Of a stretch of DNA of 39,287 nucleotides, positions 7,633 to 16,528 are shown piece by piece. Source of the stretch: a virus. Taxonomy: Duplodnaviria; Caudoviricetes. Below the pieces are notes generated by a model. That model worked only from the letters and a program-made list of their open reading frames with translations, searched no databases and was not told the DNA's origin. Location of the stretch: the IMG/VR virus record IMGVR_UViG_3300037047_000292, positions 1 through 39,287 of that record; one strand, written 5' to 3'. The translations under genes and the position numbers were made by a program. Each line of letters begins with the position of its first letter. The stretch's first letter is position 1.

Positions 7633-7814
7633 TGTTGCCGACATGGGGCATTACGGATGAGGACGAAAAGACCCTGCTTGAGTCCATAGAGATCCACAAC
7701 AAGTTGGTCCTAGAGGGGTTGGATTGTTGGTGCGAGGATAGGCGGGCAGAGATTCGGTATTTAATCGAAAGGTTGAGGGCTGAGAGGCGGAAGATCATCA
7801 AAAAGTATATGTAG
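7632..7814 (+). CDS. Hypothetical protein
   Basis: TAATG stop/start coupling with the previous gene. Confidence 0.65.
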   Translation: MLPTWGITDEDEKTLLESIEIHNKLVLEGLDCWCEDRRAEIRYLIERLRAERRKIIKKYM

Positions 7815-7829
7815 ATGGAGGTAGTAAGC

Positions 7830-7988
7830 ATGTTTGGATTTAGAAGGAAGAGACCAGATGGACTAAAACTCATGGTCCAAGTACCGGTGAACATAGCAAA
7901 CAAACTTGGAGGCATAATCAAAGCTGTCGAGATCACAGAAAATGCGCATGGCATTAAATTTGAGCAGATAGAAGTGAAAATCGTATGA
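7830..7988 (+). CDS. Small hypothetical protein (52 aa; not in track)
   Basis: GGAGGT RBS; MFGFRRKRPDGLKLMVQVPVNIANKLGG... Confidence 0.65.
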   Translation: MFGFRRKRPDGLKLMVQVPVNIANKLGGIIKAVEITENAHGIKFEQIEVKIV

Positions 7989-8110
7989 TGCCATTTGATG
8001 ACGGAATATTCAATGGCGCAGATCTATTGTTTTGGATGCTGGCAGTATATGTGGGTTATATGTTGATAACTGAGTACTGCAACTATAAAAAAGCAGGAGG
8101 GATTCAATGA
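7985..8110 (+). CDS. Small putative membrane peptide (41 aa; not in track)
   Basis: ATGA overlaps at both ends; hydrophobic LLFWMLAVYVGYMLI. Confidence 0.55.
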   Translation: MMPFDDGIFNGADLLFWMLAVYVGYMLITEYCNYKKAGGIQ

Positions 8111-8559
8111 ACAAGAACAAAGCCATAGTCACCAATCTTCGAGAAGACACCATATACGGCGCGTGCCAGTATTGTGGTCAGATGGTAGCACTGCCAGAGA
8201 GGGAATACTTCTCAGATGCCGAACAAACCGAAAGCGCAACATACCACTGCAATTGTCCTGAAGCCGGAAAGTATAAGTATGAAAAAGACGCAGCCATGGA
8301 CAGAGAGTATGCGATTGAAAGAGCATCGGACCACATAGAAACGGTATATGGATCAGGCGCTGAAGCTTATGGCCTTGATTCTGTAGATGAGATCGTAAAA
8401 GCACTTATGCTCACAGCTGCCACCATGGTCTATGACAAGAAAATAGTGGCCATCACTATCAATGTCGACCCAGAACTGAAGGTCAAGATATCAAAGTCAG
8501 CAAAAGAAAAGCTGGTCTTCACCAGATCAGATGCCGCAGTTATCAAGCGAGAGATATAA
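8107..8559 (+). CDS. Hypothetical protein with Zn-finger-like motif
   Basis: CQYCGQ...CNC; GGAGGG RBS. Confidence 0.8.
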   Translation: MNKNKAIVTNLREDTIYGACQYCGQMVALPEREYFSDAEQTESATYHCNCPEAGKYKYEKDAAMDREYAIERASDHIETVYGSGAEAYGLDSVDEIVKALMLTAATMVYDKKIVAITINVDPELKVKISKSAKEKLVFTRSDAAVIKREI

Positions 8560-8562
8560 GCC

Positions 8563-8835
8563 ATGGCGACTAAAAGACATAAACCATGTTACAACTCAAT
8601 GATTTCTCCATCTTTTGATATGGAAAGAGAACAGGCATACAACGATCGAATTATAAAAGAGTGCAGTGTTGTAACAGTAAGAAAGATGACACCAGAGGAT
8701 GAGAAGCTATTCAGTAGCCGACGACTTAACAAGTCCGAGAAGATATCCGGTGTCGCGGGGATAGAGGGATTCGTAAACAATAGGACACGAATAGCCAGGA
8801 GCATCGCCAAGACTACTAATCATAGAGGAGGATAA
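8563..8835 (+). CDS. Hypothetical protein
   Basis: Tightly packed in the early operon. Confidence 0.7.
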   Translation: MATKRHKPCYNSMISPSFDMEREQAYNDRIIKECSVVTVRKMTPEDEKLFSSRRLNKSEKISGVAGIEGFVNNRTRIARSIAKTTNHRGG

Positions 8836-8838
8836 AAG

Positions 8839-9273
8839 ATGGCTGAACAAAAATACCCGAAGTCTTGCGACATCCACGTTAGATTTGGTGCATCTGGAAT
8901 GGTTAACATTAAGATGATCAAATCAGCCTACATGGTCTATGAAGGAATAAGCGAAAGTGGGAAGTACCACCATTTTCAAAGAGATCAGATACTAACCCCT
9001 GAGCAAGTGGCCGCAGAAGTTGCTGATTGCGAAGCTAGACCATTGGAAGTTGACAAAATTAGACCACGGGAAGTTGGTATTAAAAGTGGAATGACTGATT
9101 TTACGAGTTCCTTACTTGAGAAGGCAGCCGCCGAAAAAATCAAGGCAGATATGCTCAAAGAGCAGAATGCAAGTGCGCCTTCAGGCAGAGCACATGTAAA
9201 ATCCGAAGCTAAAAGCAAAGAAGACAAGCACAAGCCAGTTGAGTATCAAGAAGGCCAAGTCAGTTGCTTGTGA
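8839..9273 (+). CDS. Hypothetical protein
   Basis: GGAGGA RBS; operon packing. Confidence 0.75.
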   Translation: MAEQKYPKSCDIHVRFGASGMVNIKMIKSAYMVYEGISESGKYHHFQRDQILTPEQVAAEVADCEARPLEVDKIRPREVGIKSGMTDFTSSLLEKAAAEKIKADMLKEQNASAPSGRAHVKSEAKSKEDKHKPVEYQEGQVSCL

Positions 9274-9306
9274 GGTTGGTAGAGGGATGAGGGAGGTATC
9301 TAGCAC

Positions 9307-9477
9307 ATGATCATGAATAAGAAGGTTCTCACGGATATTTTAAGAGAAACAGGTGGTTGTCCTAAAGAATATGGGCTTAAGGAGCTTGAATGCAGCGACG
9401 GGCGGACTGATATAAACTGCACTAAGTGTTGGGACAAAGCGACTGAGAATGTTGAAAGAATAGAATTAGAAGGTTAA
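9307..9477 (+). CDS. Small Cys-containing hypothetical protein (56 aa; not in track)
   Basis: GGAGGT RBS; GGCPKEYGL...C...NCTKCW. Confidence 0.7.
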   Translation: MIMNKKVLTDILRETGGCPKEYGLKELECSDGRTDINCTKCWDKATENVERIELEG

Positions 9478-9480
9478 AGG

Positions 9481-10299
9481 ATGGCAGAGAAATTCAGACC
9501 AGTATTAAAGTACCCGGGCAGTAAATGGCGTATAGCTCAAGAGATAGTCAACCTACTGCCAGAGCATAGAACTTATGTCGAACCATTCTTCGGAAGCGGT
9601 GCAGTACTCTTCAACAAACCAAAGAGCCGCATTGAAACTGCAAACGATATGGATCTCGATGTTGTGAATCTTTTCAAAGTCATTCGAGATCATTCTATAG
9701 AGTTGGCCAGACTTGTAGAAATGACACCATTTGCACGTTATGAGTATGATCAAGTATTTGAAAACGCGCTGGATCCCTGCAATGAAATTGAAAAGGCAAG
9801 ACGGTTTTTAATAAAGTGCTGGATGGGCCATGGCTTCCGGACAAATGGATACAAAGTTGGTTGGAAGAATGATGTCCAAGGGCGCGAGAGGTCATACGCT
9901 CTATGGAACTGGACTAGGCTGCCTGAATGGGTCCTTGCGTCGGTTGATAGGTTAAAAGAAGTCCAGATAGAAAATAGACCAGCTTTAGAAATAATAGAGC
10001 GATACAACTATGAAAACGTCGTCATCTACGCAGACCCTCCTTATATGTTGGGTACCAGGACTGCAAAACAGTATAAGCATGAAATGGTTGATGATGATCA
10101 TATAGAGCTTCTTGAAGCATTAAAGAAACATAAAGGCCATGTGTTGTTGTCTGGTTATGAAAGCGATCTATACAATTCGATGTTAGAGGGTTGGCACTTA
10201 ATCAGAATGGACGGATATGCAGAGTATGTAGGGACCCACGGGCGCGAAGAGTGCTTATGGATGAATTTCAGGCCTAGTGTTAAGATAGGGATGTTCTAG
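9481..10299 (+). CDS. DNA adenine methyltransferase (Dam-like)
   Basis: KYPGSK, motif I YVEPFFGSG, motif IV DPPY. Confidence 0.93.
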   Translation: MAEKFRPVLKYPGSKWRIAQEIVNLLPEHRTYVEPFFGSGAVLFNKPKSRIETANDMDLDVVNLFKVIRDHSIELARLVEMTPFARYEYDQVFENALDPCNEIEKARRFLIKCWMGHGFRTNGYKVGWKNDVQGRERSYALWNWTRLPEWVLASVDRLKEVQIENRPALEIIERYNYENVVIYADPPYMLGTRTAKQYKHEMVDDDHIELLEALKKHKGHVLLSGYESDLYNSMLEGWHLIRMDGYAEYVGTHGREECLWMNFRPSVKIGMF

Positions 10300-10309
10300 A
10301 GGAGGACCA

Positions 10310-11731
10310 ATGTACGAAGAAATAGTAGCTGATAACTTCGCAGGTGGCGGTGGTACCACTACAGGCATTGAAATGGCAATTGGCAGATCAGTAGATATAG
10401 CTATCAATCACGACCCAGATGCAATAGCCATGCATAAGACCAACCATCCCAAGACAAAACACTATTGTGAATCCGTTTGGGATGTAGATCCCATTGAAGC
10501 ATGTGCAGGAAGGCCAGTGGCCTTGGCGTGGTTCTCTCCTGACTGCAAGCATTTTAGCAAAGCAAAGGGTGGCAAACCAAAGGATAAAAACATTAGAGGA
10601 TTAGCATGGGTGGCTGTTAAATGGGCGAAGCTAGTAAGGCCAAGAGTGATCATGCTAGAAAACGTAGAGGAGTTCAAGACATGGGGACCGCTGCTCGATG
10701 ATGGAATGCCAGATGATACAAAGAAGGGTCAAACCTTCGAGCATTTTGTAAAGCAACTCAGAAAGCTTGGTTATGTCGTTGACTGGCGAGAGCTCAGGGC
10801 CTGTGACTATGGTGTTCCTACCACTCGCAAAAGATTCTTCTTGATCGCAAGGTGTGATGGATCGCCCATAGTATGGCCAGAGCCGACTCACGGAAAGCCA
10901 GAAGCTCATGAAGTAAAAGCTGGACAGATGAAACCATGGCGAACCATAGCTGAATGCATCGACTGGACCATCCCCTGTAAATCAATATTTGGTAGGAATA
11001 AGCCTTTGGTTGAAAACACTATGAAGCGCATAGCAAGAGGCCTTGAAAAATTCGTATTGAATGATCCTAAGCCCTTCATCGTGAGAATTGGTCAAACTGG
11101 TTTTGGAGGTGACAATCTAAGCTATTCGCTAGATCAACCACTCACGACAGTAGTTTCAAAAGCAGAGCATCTTCTAGTGGCGCCTTATCTGATCCAGTAC
11201 CATACAGAGCAGAACAATGAGAGCACCAGAGGTCAAAATATCGAAGAGCCAATAATGACAGTAGACAGCTCGAATAGGTATGGTTTAGTTGCAGCATTTA
11301 TCTCAAGGCAATTCGGTGCATCAACCGGACATAAAATAGAGCATCCTCTAGGCACACTAACATCTGTAAACAAATCTCAGTTTGTGATGGCCTTCCTCAC
11401 AAAATACTATGGCACCGCAGAGAACGGCCAACGGCTAAACGAACCACTTCACACCATAACAAGCAAAGATAGGTTTGGATTGATCACTTACCATGGGGTA
11501 GATTATCAAATCGTCGATATCCGTATGAGGATGCTGGTACCTAGAGAGCTATTCAATGCATCAGGGTTTCCGTCTACATACATCATAGATAAGGATTTTT
11601 TCGGAAACTCATATCCAAAGTTCAAGCAAGTCGAAAGAGTCGGCAATGCAGTAAACCCACAAATACCGGAAGCGCTGGTCAGAGCAAACTTGCCAGAGAT
11701 GTGTCCTGGTACTGCGGAGATGATTGCTTAG
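10310..11731 (+). CDS. DNA (cytosine-5) methyltransferase, phage type
   Basis: Motif I FAGGGG, catalytic SPDC, motif VI ENV, motif VIII TTRKR, motif X GNAV. Confidence 0.93.
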   Translation: MYEEIVADNFAGGGGTTTGIEMAIGRSVDIAINHDPDAIAMHKTNHPKTKHYCESVWDVDPIEACAGRPVALAWFSPDCKHFSKAKGGKPKDKNIRGLAWVAVKWAKLVRPRVIMLENVEEFKTWGPLLDDGMPDDTKKGQTFEHFVKQLRKLGYVVDWRELRACDYGVPTTRKRFFLIARCDGSPIVWPEPTHGKPEAHEVKAGQMKPWRTIAECIDWTIPCKSIFGRNKPLVENTMKRIARGLEKFVLNDPKPFIVRIGQTGFGGDNLSYSLDQPLTTVVSKAEHLLVAPYLIQYHTEQNNESTRGQNIEEPIMTVDSSNRYGLVAAFISRQFGASTGHKIEHPLGTLTSVNKSQFVMAFLTKYYGTAENGQRLNEPLHTITSKDRFGLITYHGVDYQIVDIRMRMLVPRELFNASGFPSTYIIDKDFFGNSYPKFKQVERVGNAVNPQIPEALVRANLPEMCPGTAEMIA

Positions 11732-11746
11732 AGGAAAGGAGATCAA

Positions 11747-11932
11747 ATGAAGGAATACGCGCTTTATAAAGGTGACAACCTCATCAGCACAGGAACGGTA
11801 TTTCAAATAGCACAAGCGACAAAGACCAAGTACGAGACCCTAATGTTTTATAAGACACCTACTTATATGAGAAGGCTTGAAAAGAGATCCTTCTCACGAA
11901 ATGCTAAGGTGCTGGTGGCTTTGGATGACTAA
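11747..11932 (+). CDS. Small phage protein, possibly HTH-like
   Basis: AAAGGAG RBS; MKEYALYKGD...GT..IA pattern common in Firmicute phages. Confidence 0.75.
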   Translation: MKEYALYKGDNLISTGTVFQIAQATKTKYETLMFYKTPTYMRRLEKRSFSRNAKVLVALDD

Positions 11933-11949
11933 TCGATGGAGGAACTTAA

Positions 11950-12255
11950 ATGACTAAGGTATATATAGCTGGTAAAATCACCGGCCTAACAGATTTCAAA
12001 GAGAAATTTCAAGCAGCTGAAGATTGGTTGAAGAAAAGAGGGCACATAGTCATGAACCCAGCTATCCTTCCTAGTGGGTTTGAGTATGAAGAGTATATGG
12101 CGATATGCTTCGCCATGATTGATGCCTGTGACGTGGTGTGCATGCTCATTAACTGGGCTGACTCACCAGGAGCAACGAGGGAAAGGACTTATGCCATTGA
12201 AAGTGGCAAATTGATCGCTTATCAAGAATGGAAGGTGCCCAATGAAACTATCTAG
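11950..12255 (+). CDS. DUF4406 / nucleoside 2-deoxyribosyltransferase-like protein
   Basis: KVYIAGKITG...NPA...MIDACD...WADSPGATRE. Confidence 0.85.
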   Translation: MTKVYIAGKITGLTDFKEKFQAAEDWLKKRGHIVMNPAILPSGFEYEEYMAICFAMIDACDVVCMLINWADSPGATRERTYAIESGKLIAYQEWKVPNETI

Positions 12256-12571
12256 CGTCGACGCGAAAGCCTTAAAAATGTATCATCATGATCTTTCAAA
12301 GTTGTTTGCCAAACTCGAAAAGAAGATAGCTGATGACAATATCAAGCGTCAAAAGGCTATTGAGTCAGCTTGCAATGAGTATTCTTCCGAAGAAGAGATC
12401 CAGAATGCATGGGGTTATGCCTTTATAACTGCAGCTGAAAGAGACCGACTCCTTAAGATAATGTGGGATGCAGACGGAGAGCGAGAAGACATGGCTTTGC
12501 TGAAGTATAGAAAGATGCTTGCTAAGGATATTAGGAGCATTAAAGAAGAAATGGAGGAGGCGAATTCATGA
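12242..12571 (+). CDS. Hypothetical protein
   Basis: Overlapping operon packing. Confidence 0.7.
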   Translation: MKLSSVDAKALKMYHHDLSKLFAKLEKKIADDNIKRQKAIESACNEYSSEEEIQNAWGYAFITAAERDRLLKIMWDADGEREDMALLKYRKMLAKDIRSIKEEMEEANS

Positions 12572-12978
12572 TTCTTAAATGGAAAGAGGATGTCATAGAT
12601 TGGATCAAAGAATCTGATTTTACAGATTGGTTGACGCTACTAGGAATTTTGATAGTACTCGTTGTCCTTGTTGCTCTCATAGGCGTAATTGCTCACCAGG
12701 TAGATATGGCTCTTCATGCTGAAAAAATACCTGTCGAAGCAGAAGTCACAGACAAGAGGTTTTACACAACAACTTACACAACCACAGTCAATAAAATCAC
12801 TCAATTTCATATTCAAGAGCATTATGCTGTTGTCTTGAAATTCAAAGATGTAATATCTGAAATTGATAACCATAAGCTTTATAACAAAGTCAAAATTGGT
12901 GACAAAGTAGACTGTATTCTTAGGATTTTGGAAAAGAAAGACGTGATCTATAAAGATATTGTTTTGCAGAATGAGTAG
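12568..12978 (+). CDS. Hypothetical single-pass membrane protein
   Basis: GGAGG RBS; hydrophobic LTLLGILIVLVVLVALIGVIA. Confidence 0.75.
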   Translation: MILKWKEDVIDWIKESDFTDWLTLLGILIVLVVLVALIGVIAHQVDMALHAEKIPVEAEVTDKRFYTTTYTTTVNKITQFHIQEHYAVVLKFKDVISEIDNHKLYNKVKIGDKVDCILRILEKKDVIYKDIVLQNE

Positions 12979-12995
12979 AAAGAGAGGTCAAGTAA

Positions 12996-13151
12996 ATGCA
13001 TGAAAACTGTTTAAACTGCAAACACGCGGAGAGCATTGAATTTTGTGAAACGATAAAAATTTGCACATGTCCACGGAGTGGTTGTTATAGTACCGACGTC
13101 ACTGAATTTGAGTGGTGTAATCAATGGGAGCAAAGCGAGGATAACCAATGA
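12996..13151 (+). CDS. Small Cys-rich protein (51 aa; not in track)
   Basis: AGAGG RBS; CLNCKH...C...CTC...C...WCNQW. Confidence 0.65.
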   Translation: MHENCLNCKHAESIEFCETIKICTCPRSGCYSTDVTEFEWCNQWEQSEDNQ

Positions 13152-13327
13152 TCATAATCAAACTAATCGCAGATAGAAAGCCACACGAGTGCACCCTTTG
13201 TCCACTTGCAGACAGCATCAGAAACAGATTGAGGTGTGGTGAGTTAGTCACCGTTGATCACGGCGGTGGATACACTAGTAGGAGCATGGTGCCTGATAAT
13301 AGGTGTTTGGTGGAGGTGAGCTCATGA
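13148..13327 (+). CDS. Small Cys-containing protein (59 aa; not in track)
   Basis: ATGA coupling at both ends; KPHECTLCPL...RCG...PDNRC. Confidence 0.65.
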   Translation: MIIIKLIADRKPHECTLCPLADSIRNRLRCGELVTVDHGGGYTSRSMVPDNRCLVEVSS

Positions 13328-13626
13328 ACGCACTACAGATCAAGGACACCTACACTAAAAGGCTAGAGCGTTTAAAAATGGATATTCAGGTCTATGAAAG
13401 TTCAAACATTCAAGAACTTAGAATCGCGGTACCATCACTAAAAGCCGAGATTGAGACTATAGAAATCATTCTACAAGCTATCGAAAAGCAAATGCCGATG
13501 AAAGCATCGTTTGAGTATGACGACGAATTCATTTGCCCAGCTTGCGGGCACGAAGATGATGGATACGATGTGAAGAGATTGAAAGTTTGTCCAGAGTGTG
13601 GGCAGACGCTAGATTGGGGTGTGTGA
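13324..13626 (+). CDS. Zn-ribbon protein
   Basis: GGAGGTG RBS before ATG 13324; AIEKQMP..CPACG...CPECGQTLDW. Confidence 0.8.
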   Translation: MNALQIKDTYTKRLERLKMDIQVYESSNIQELRIAVPSLKAEIETIEIILQAIEKQMPMKASFEYDDEFICPACGHEDDGYDVKRLKVCPECGQTLDWGV

Positions 13627-13811
13627 TGCAAGGATCATGGAACGTAACATCTCAATTCATTGGCGAAACAAAGATGTTTGCTGTTTATAGGCTTCGAGAT
13701 ACAAATGCTGTTGATCATTCGGGCAATAGAGAATTCGCTTCTGAATACTTAGTTGATAGAGGAGAAGCTGAGTCTATCGCCAAGGGACTAAACGAAAGTG
13801 AGGAGACTTGA
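13626..13811 (+). CDS. Hypothetical protein
   Basis: TGATG coupling; MQGSWNVTSQFIG...DHSGNRE. Confidence 0.7.
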   Translation: MQGSWNVTSQFIGETKMFAVYRLRDTNAVDHSGNREFASEYLVDRGEAESIAKGLNESEET

Positions 13812-13813
13812 GG

Positions 13814-14272
13814 ATGAGCAAAGTGCACGCACTCAAAATTGATCCAGAACACTATAAGGCAATAAAGGACAACACAAAGAATTTTGAGATTAGGTACAAT
13901 GATCGAAATTATCAAACTGGCGACCAATTAGTCCTTCACGAATACAATCGGGATTCCCATCAATTCAGTAATGAAAAACCGATTGAAGCGGTTGTAACAT
14001 ATTTGATCACAGAAAGTCAATTCCTTAAACCAGGGTATGTGTGCATGGGAATCCGAAGGACTGACAATCTGTTGGTTTTTGCTGATAACTCGGACGAAAT
14101 TGAGCAAAGGCTTGAAGCGTACATCCAACAAGAAAAAAAGGAAGAGCGTGAGATAGAGATAGGCCAAGCGGTTTTGGAACTGATTGAAAAAGGACACATT
14201 GTTTATCTTAGAAACCTAGAGGATGTTGCAGGCATTATTCAATGGTCCAAGAAAGAGAGGGCATTTGAATGA
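13814..14272 (+). CDS. DUF3850 / ASCH-PUA-like domain protein
   Basis: HALKIDPEHYKAI...KNFEIRYNDRNYQTGD.LVLHEY. Confidence 0.85.
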   Translation: MSKVHALKIDPEHYKAIKDNTKNFEIRYNDRNYQTGDQLVLHEYNRDSHQFSNEKPIEAVVTYLITESQFLKPGYVCMGIRRTDNLLVFADNSDEIEQRLEAYIQQEKKEEREIEIGQAVLELIEKGHIVYLRNLEDVAGIIQWSKKERAFE

Positions 14273-14514
14273 CAGATAAAAAGACTTGGGAAGAGTTTCG
14301 TGAGTGTGGCATGCTTTGGTGGATCAATATGATTCTCCATACTTTTGGGTGGGCCATCGTTTTAGCTTTTGAAGATGGAGTTGTTATTGATTCATATCCC
14401 GCAAGAGTAAAATATAGAGGATTTTCAGAGGATGCGAATACTAAAGGTTATATCAAAGTTTCAAAATATATGGTAGATCACAACCAAGTACTTAATGATG
14501 AGGCTAAATCATGA
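14269..14514 (+). CDS. Hypothetical phage protein
   Basis: ATGA coupling; WEEFRECGMLWWINMILHTFGW. Confidence 0.75.
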   Translation: MTDKKTWEEFRECGMLWWINMILHTFGWAIVLAFEDGVVIDSYPARVKYRGFSEDANTKGYIKVSKYMVDHNQVLNDEAKS

Positions 14515-14798
14515 TTATTTGCGTAGGCGGAGGGGCTGTTGGTTCATTAAAAGCATTTAATCAACTTCGCATCGATTTTGAAGAAGCCGCGAAACGTGCA
14601 GCGGACTTTCTATCATCGGTATTCAATAAGATCTCTTCTTATATAGAAGAAAAAAATCAAGATCCAGAAAGAATCAACAGAAATGAAGGCTTTAAGGCAC
14701 TTATTGATGAGTATCAAGCCAGGTGCATTATGCACCTAAAACAGTACAACGTATCCTATGCAATGGGGCTTTACCATAAAGCCAGAAATACATGTTGA
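14511..14798 (+). CDS. Hypothetical protein
   Basis: ATGA coupling. Confidence 0.6.
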   Translation: MIICVGGGAVGSLKAFNQLRIDFEEAAKRAADFLSSVFNKISSYIEEKNQDPERINRNEGFKALIDEYQARCIMHLKQYNVSYAMGLYHKARNTC

Positions 14799-14814
14799 TA
14801 GAGGGGGATAAGCG

Positions 14815-15405
14815 ATGCAAGTATTATCGATCACATTATCAGATAAGGACCGTGGTTTCAGGGAAACATTAAGAATCGAGAGGGAATCAGTCATAGATCT
14901 TCACGAGAGGATCATTGCAGATTTTAAAAGGGAGATGAGATTTGAAGCGGAAGACGAAGCGGTGGAGTGTAAAACAGACGAAGCGCACTTCGCTCGAATT
15001 ATTGCAGCCACCAAAGCGATTGCCAATATTGGAGTAAATTATTTAGGTACGGAAATCGAGGAACCAGTAGAAGGACAATCCGAAGCAACATCAAGTAAGA
15101 AGCCCACCAAGCACAGAATCCCAAAGGTTAAAGCAATCAATTGCCACGGGTGCGGTGATATTATAGTAGGAAAATTTGAAACTGGTGATCTGTTTGAGTG
15201 CAGAAACTGCAATTCTACACAAACCATAGAGGATATATTCGACTTTGGTGAGTATAATTGCACGTGCTGCGGAACTAGCGCCTATTTGGGCCTCACATCA
15301 GAATCATATGAGTATGTGACCTGCAAGCAATGCCAGGCGCCAATTGATATGGTGTGGCACCCTAAAGATAAGAAGTATGTCAGCATGAATATGATAGGAC
15401 ACTAA
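14815..15405 (+). CDS. Multi-CxxC Zn-finger protein
   Basis: CHGC, CRNC, CTCC, CKQC; GAGGGGG RBS. Confidence 0.8.
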   Translation: MQVLSITLSDKDRGFRETLRIERESVIDLHERIIADFKREMRFEAEDEAVECKTDEAHFARIIAATKAIANIGVNYLGTEIEEPVEGQSEATSSKKPTKHRIPKVKAINCHGCGDIIVGKFETGDLFECRNCNSTQTIEDIFDFGEYNCTCCGTSAYLGLTSESYEYVTCKQCQAPIDMVWHPKDKKYVSMNMIGH

Positions 15406-15435
15406 AGCTGTCCACGAATAACAACATAGAATAAC

Positions 15436-15530
15436 GCCTTGCATACCATAAAACAGTGTGCAAGGCTCTGCTGTATCACCGACGCTCGGAGGCGTTTTTA
15501 GAGCTTGTAATAGGTATTATCTTATCAACC
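15436..15530. other. Candidate replication origin / nick region upstream of the HUH Rep
   Basis: Probably non-coding gap with an 11-bp hairpin GCCTTGCATAC/GTGTGCAAGGC (15436-15466), CCGA-CGC-TCGG, and CTTGTAATAGGTATTATCTTATCAAC. Function inferred from position only. Confidence 0.4.
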
Positions 15531-15595
15531 ACATGATCAATACGAACTATCTAGATATAAAAATAATGACTTACATATCATCAAGGGGGACTCAC

Positions 15596-16528
15596 ATGGT
15601 GGAGCAAAAGAAAGGTTACACAATACCAGACTGTGAAGAGCTATACCTGATCAACCTAGAAGACAATCAAGAAGAGCGCATAGAATCTCTCAGAGATAAA
15701 GACATCATGAAGTATCGCATCAAGACAATCAAAAGTGGTGAGATGTTAGAGTGTGAAATATATCCTCTCTGGATCACTAGCAAGAGGGGCAAGCGAAAAG
15801 ACAAAAAGAACTCAACAAGACTTGCTCAAAAAAATCTGAATGATAAAAACACCAAGAAGAACATCATCCGGTTAACAAATACAAATTTCACCAGTGAAGA
15901 CATATGGGCCACTTTCACTTATGACAAAGAGCACCTTCCTGAAGATGATGATCAAGCCAATAAGAATATGCAAAATTATCTGAGACGGGTCAAACGGTAT
16001 ATCAAGAAGAATGACCTTCCGGATCTAAAATACATTTACGTGACAGAGTATGAGGACGATGAGAAAAAGGGCAAAAAAAGAGTCCATCATCACATCGTCA
16101 TGAATCTCAGAGACAGAGATGCTGCGGAAAAGATATGGGACAAAGGAGGCAGGACCCATTCAAGAAGATTACAGCCAGATGATTATGGCCTTGAGGGATT
16201 AGCCAGGTATATCACCAAGGATCCTAAGAGCTCAAAGAGATATACCACAAGTAAGAATCTCATTAAGCCGACAGTCTCTATCGCAGATAGCAAGATGACC
16301 CGGAAGAAAGCCGAGAAGATTGCCAAGAAGCCAGACATGGCCAATGACATATTCCAGAAGCTCTATCCAAACTATCAGTTCAAGGATCTCAGCATCAAAT
16401 ACAGCGATTTCGTCAGTGGCGCCTATCTTTATGTGAGGATGAAGAAGAGCAAACCGATCCACAAAGGCAAGAAGCCAAATAAGAGAAACGAGGGACCAGA
16501 TGTATCAAAATCTATTTCCGCCAGGTAG
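15596..16528 (+). CDS. HUH-endonuclease rolling-circle-type replication initiator
   Basis: Motif 1 WATFTY, motif 2 RVHHHIVM, motif 3 LARYITK. AAGGGGG RBS before ATG 15596 (track GTG 15458 is likely too early). Confidence 0.8.
   Translation: MVEQKKGYTIPDCEELYLINLEDNQEERIESLRDKDIMKYRIKTIKSGEMLECEIYPLWITSKRGKRKDKKNSTRLAQKNLNDKNTKKNIIRLTNTNFTSEDIWATFTYDKEHLPEDDDQANKNMQNYLRRVKRYIKKNDLPDLKYIYVTEYEDDEKKGKKRVHHHIVMNLRDRDAAEKIWDKGGRTHSRRLQPDDYGLEGLARYITKDPKSSKRYTTSKNLIKPTVSIADSKMTRKKAEKIAKKPDMANDIFQKLYPNYQFKDLSIKYSDFVSGAYLYVRMKKSKPIHKGKKPNKRNEGPDVSKSISAR

Noticed and set aside
15513-15529. Possible fifth repressor operator (GGTATTATCTTATCAAC)
   Set aside because: Only the ATCAAC half-site matches; the left arm does not fit GTWGA.
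15458-15595. Track N-terminal extension of Rep from GTG 15458
   Set aside because: No RBS at 15458, it runs through hairpins, and a clear AAGGGGG RBS precedes ATG 15596.
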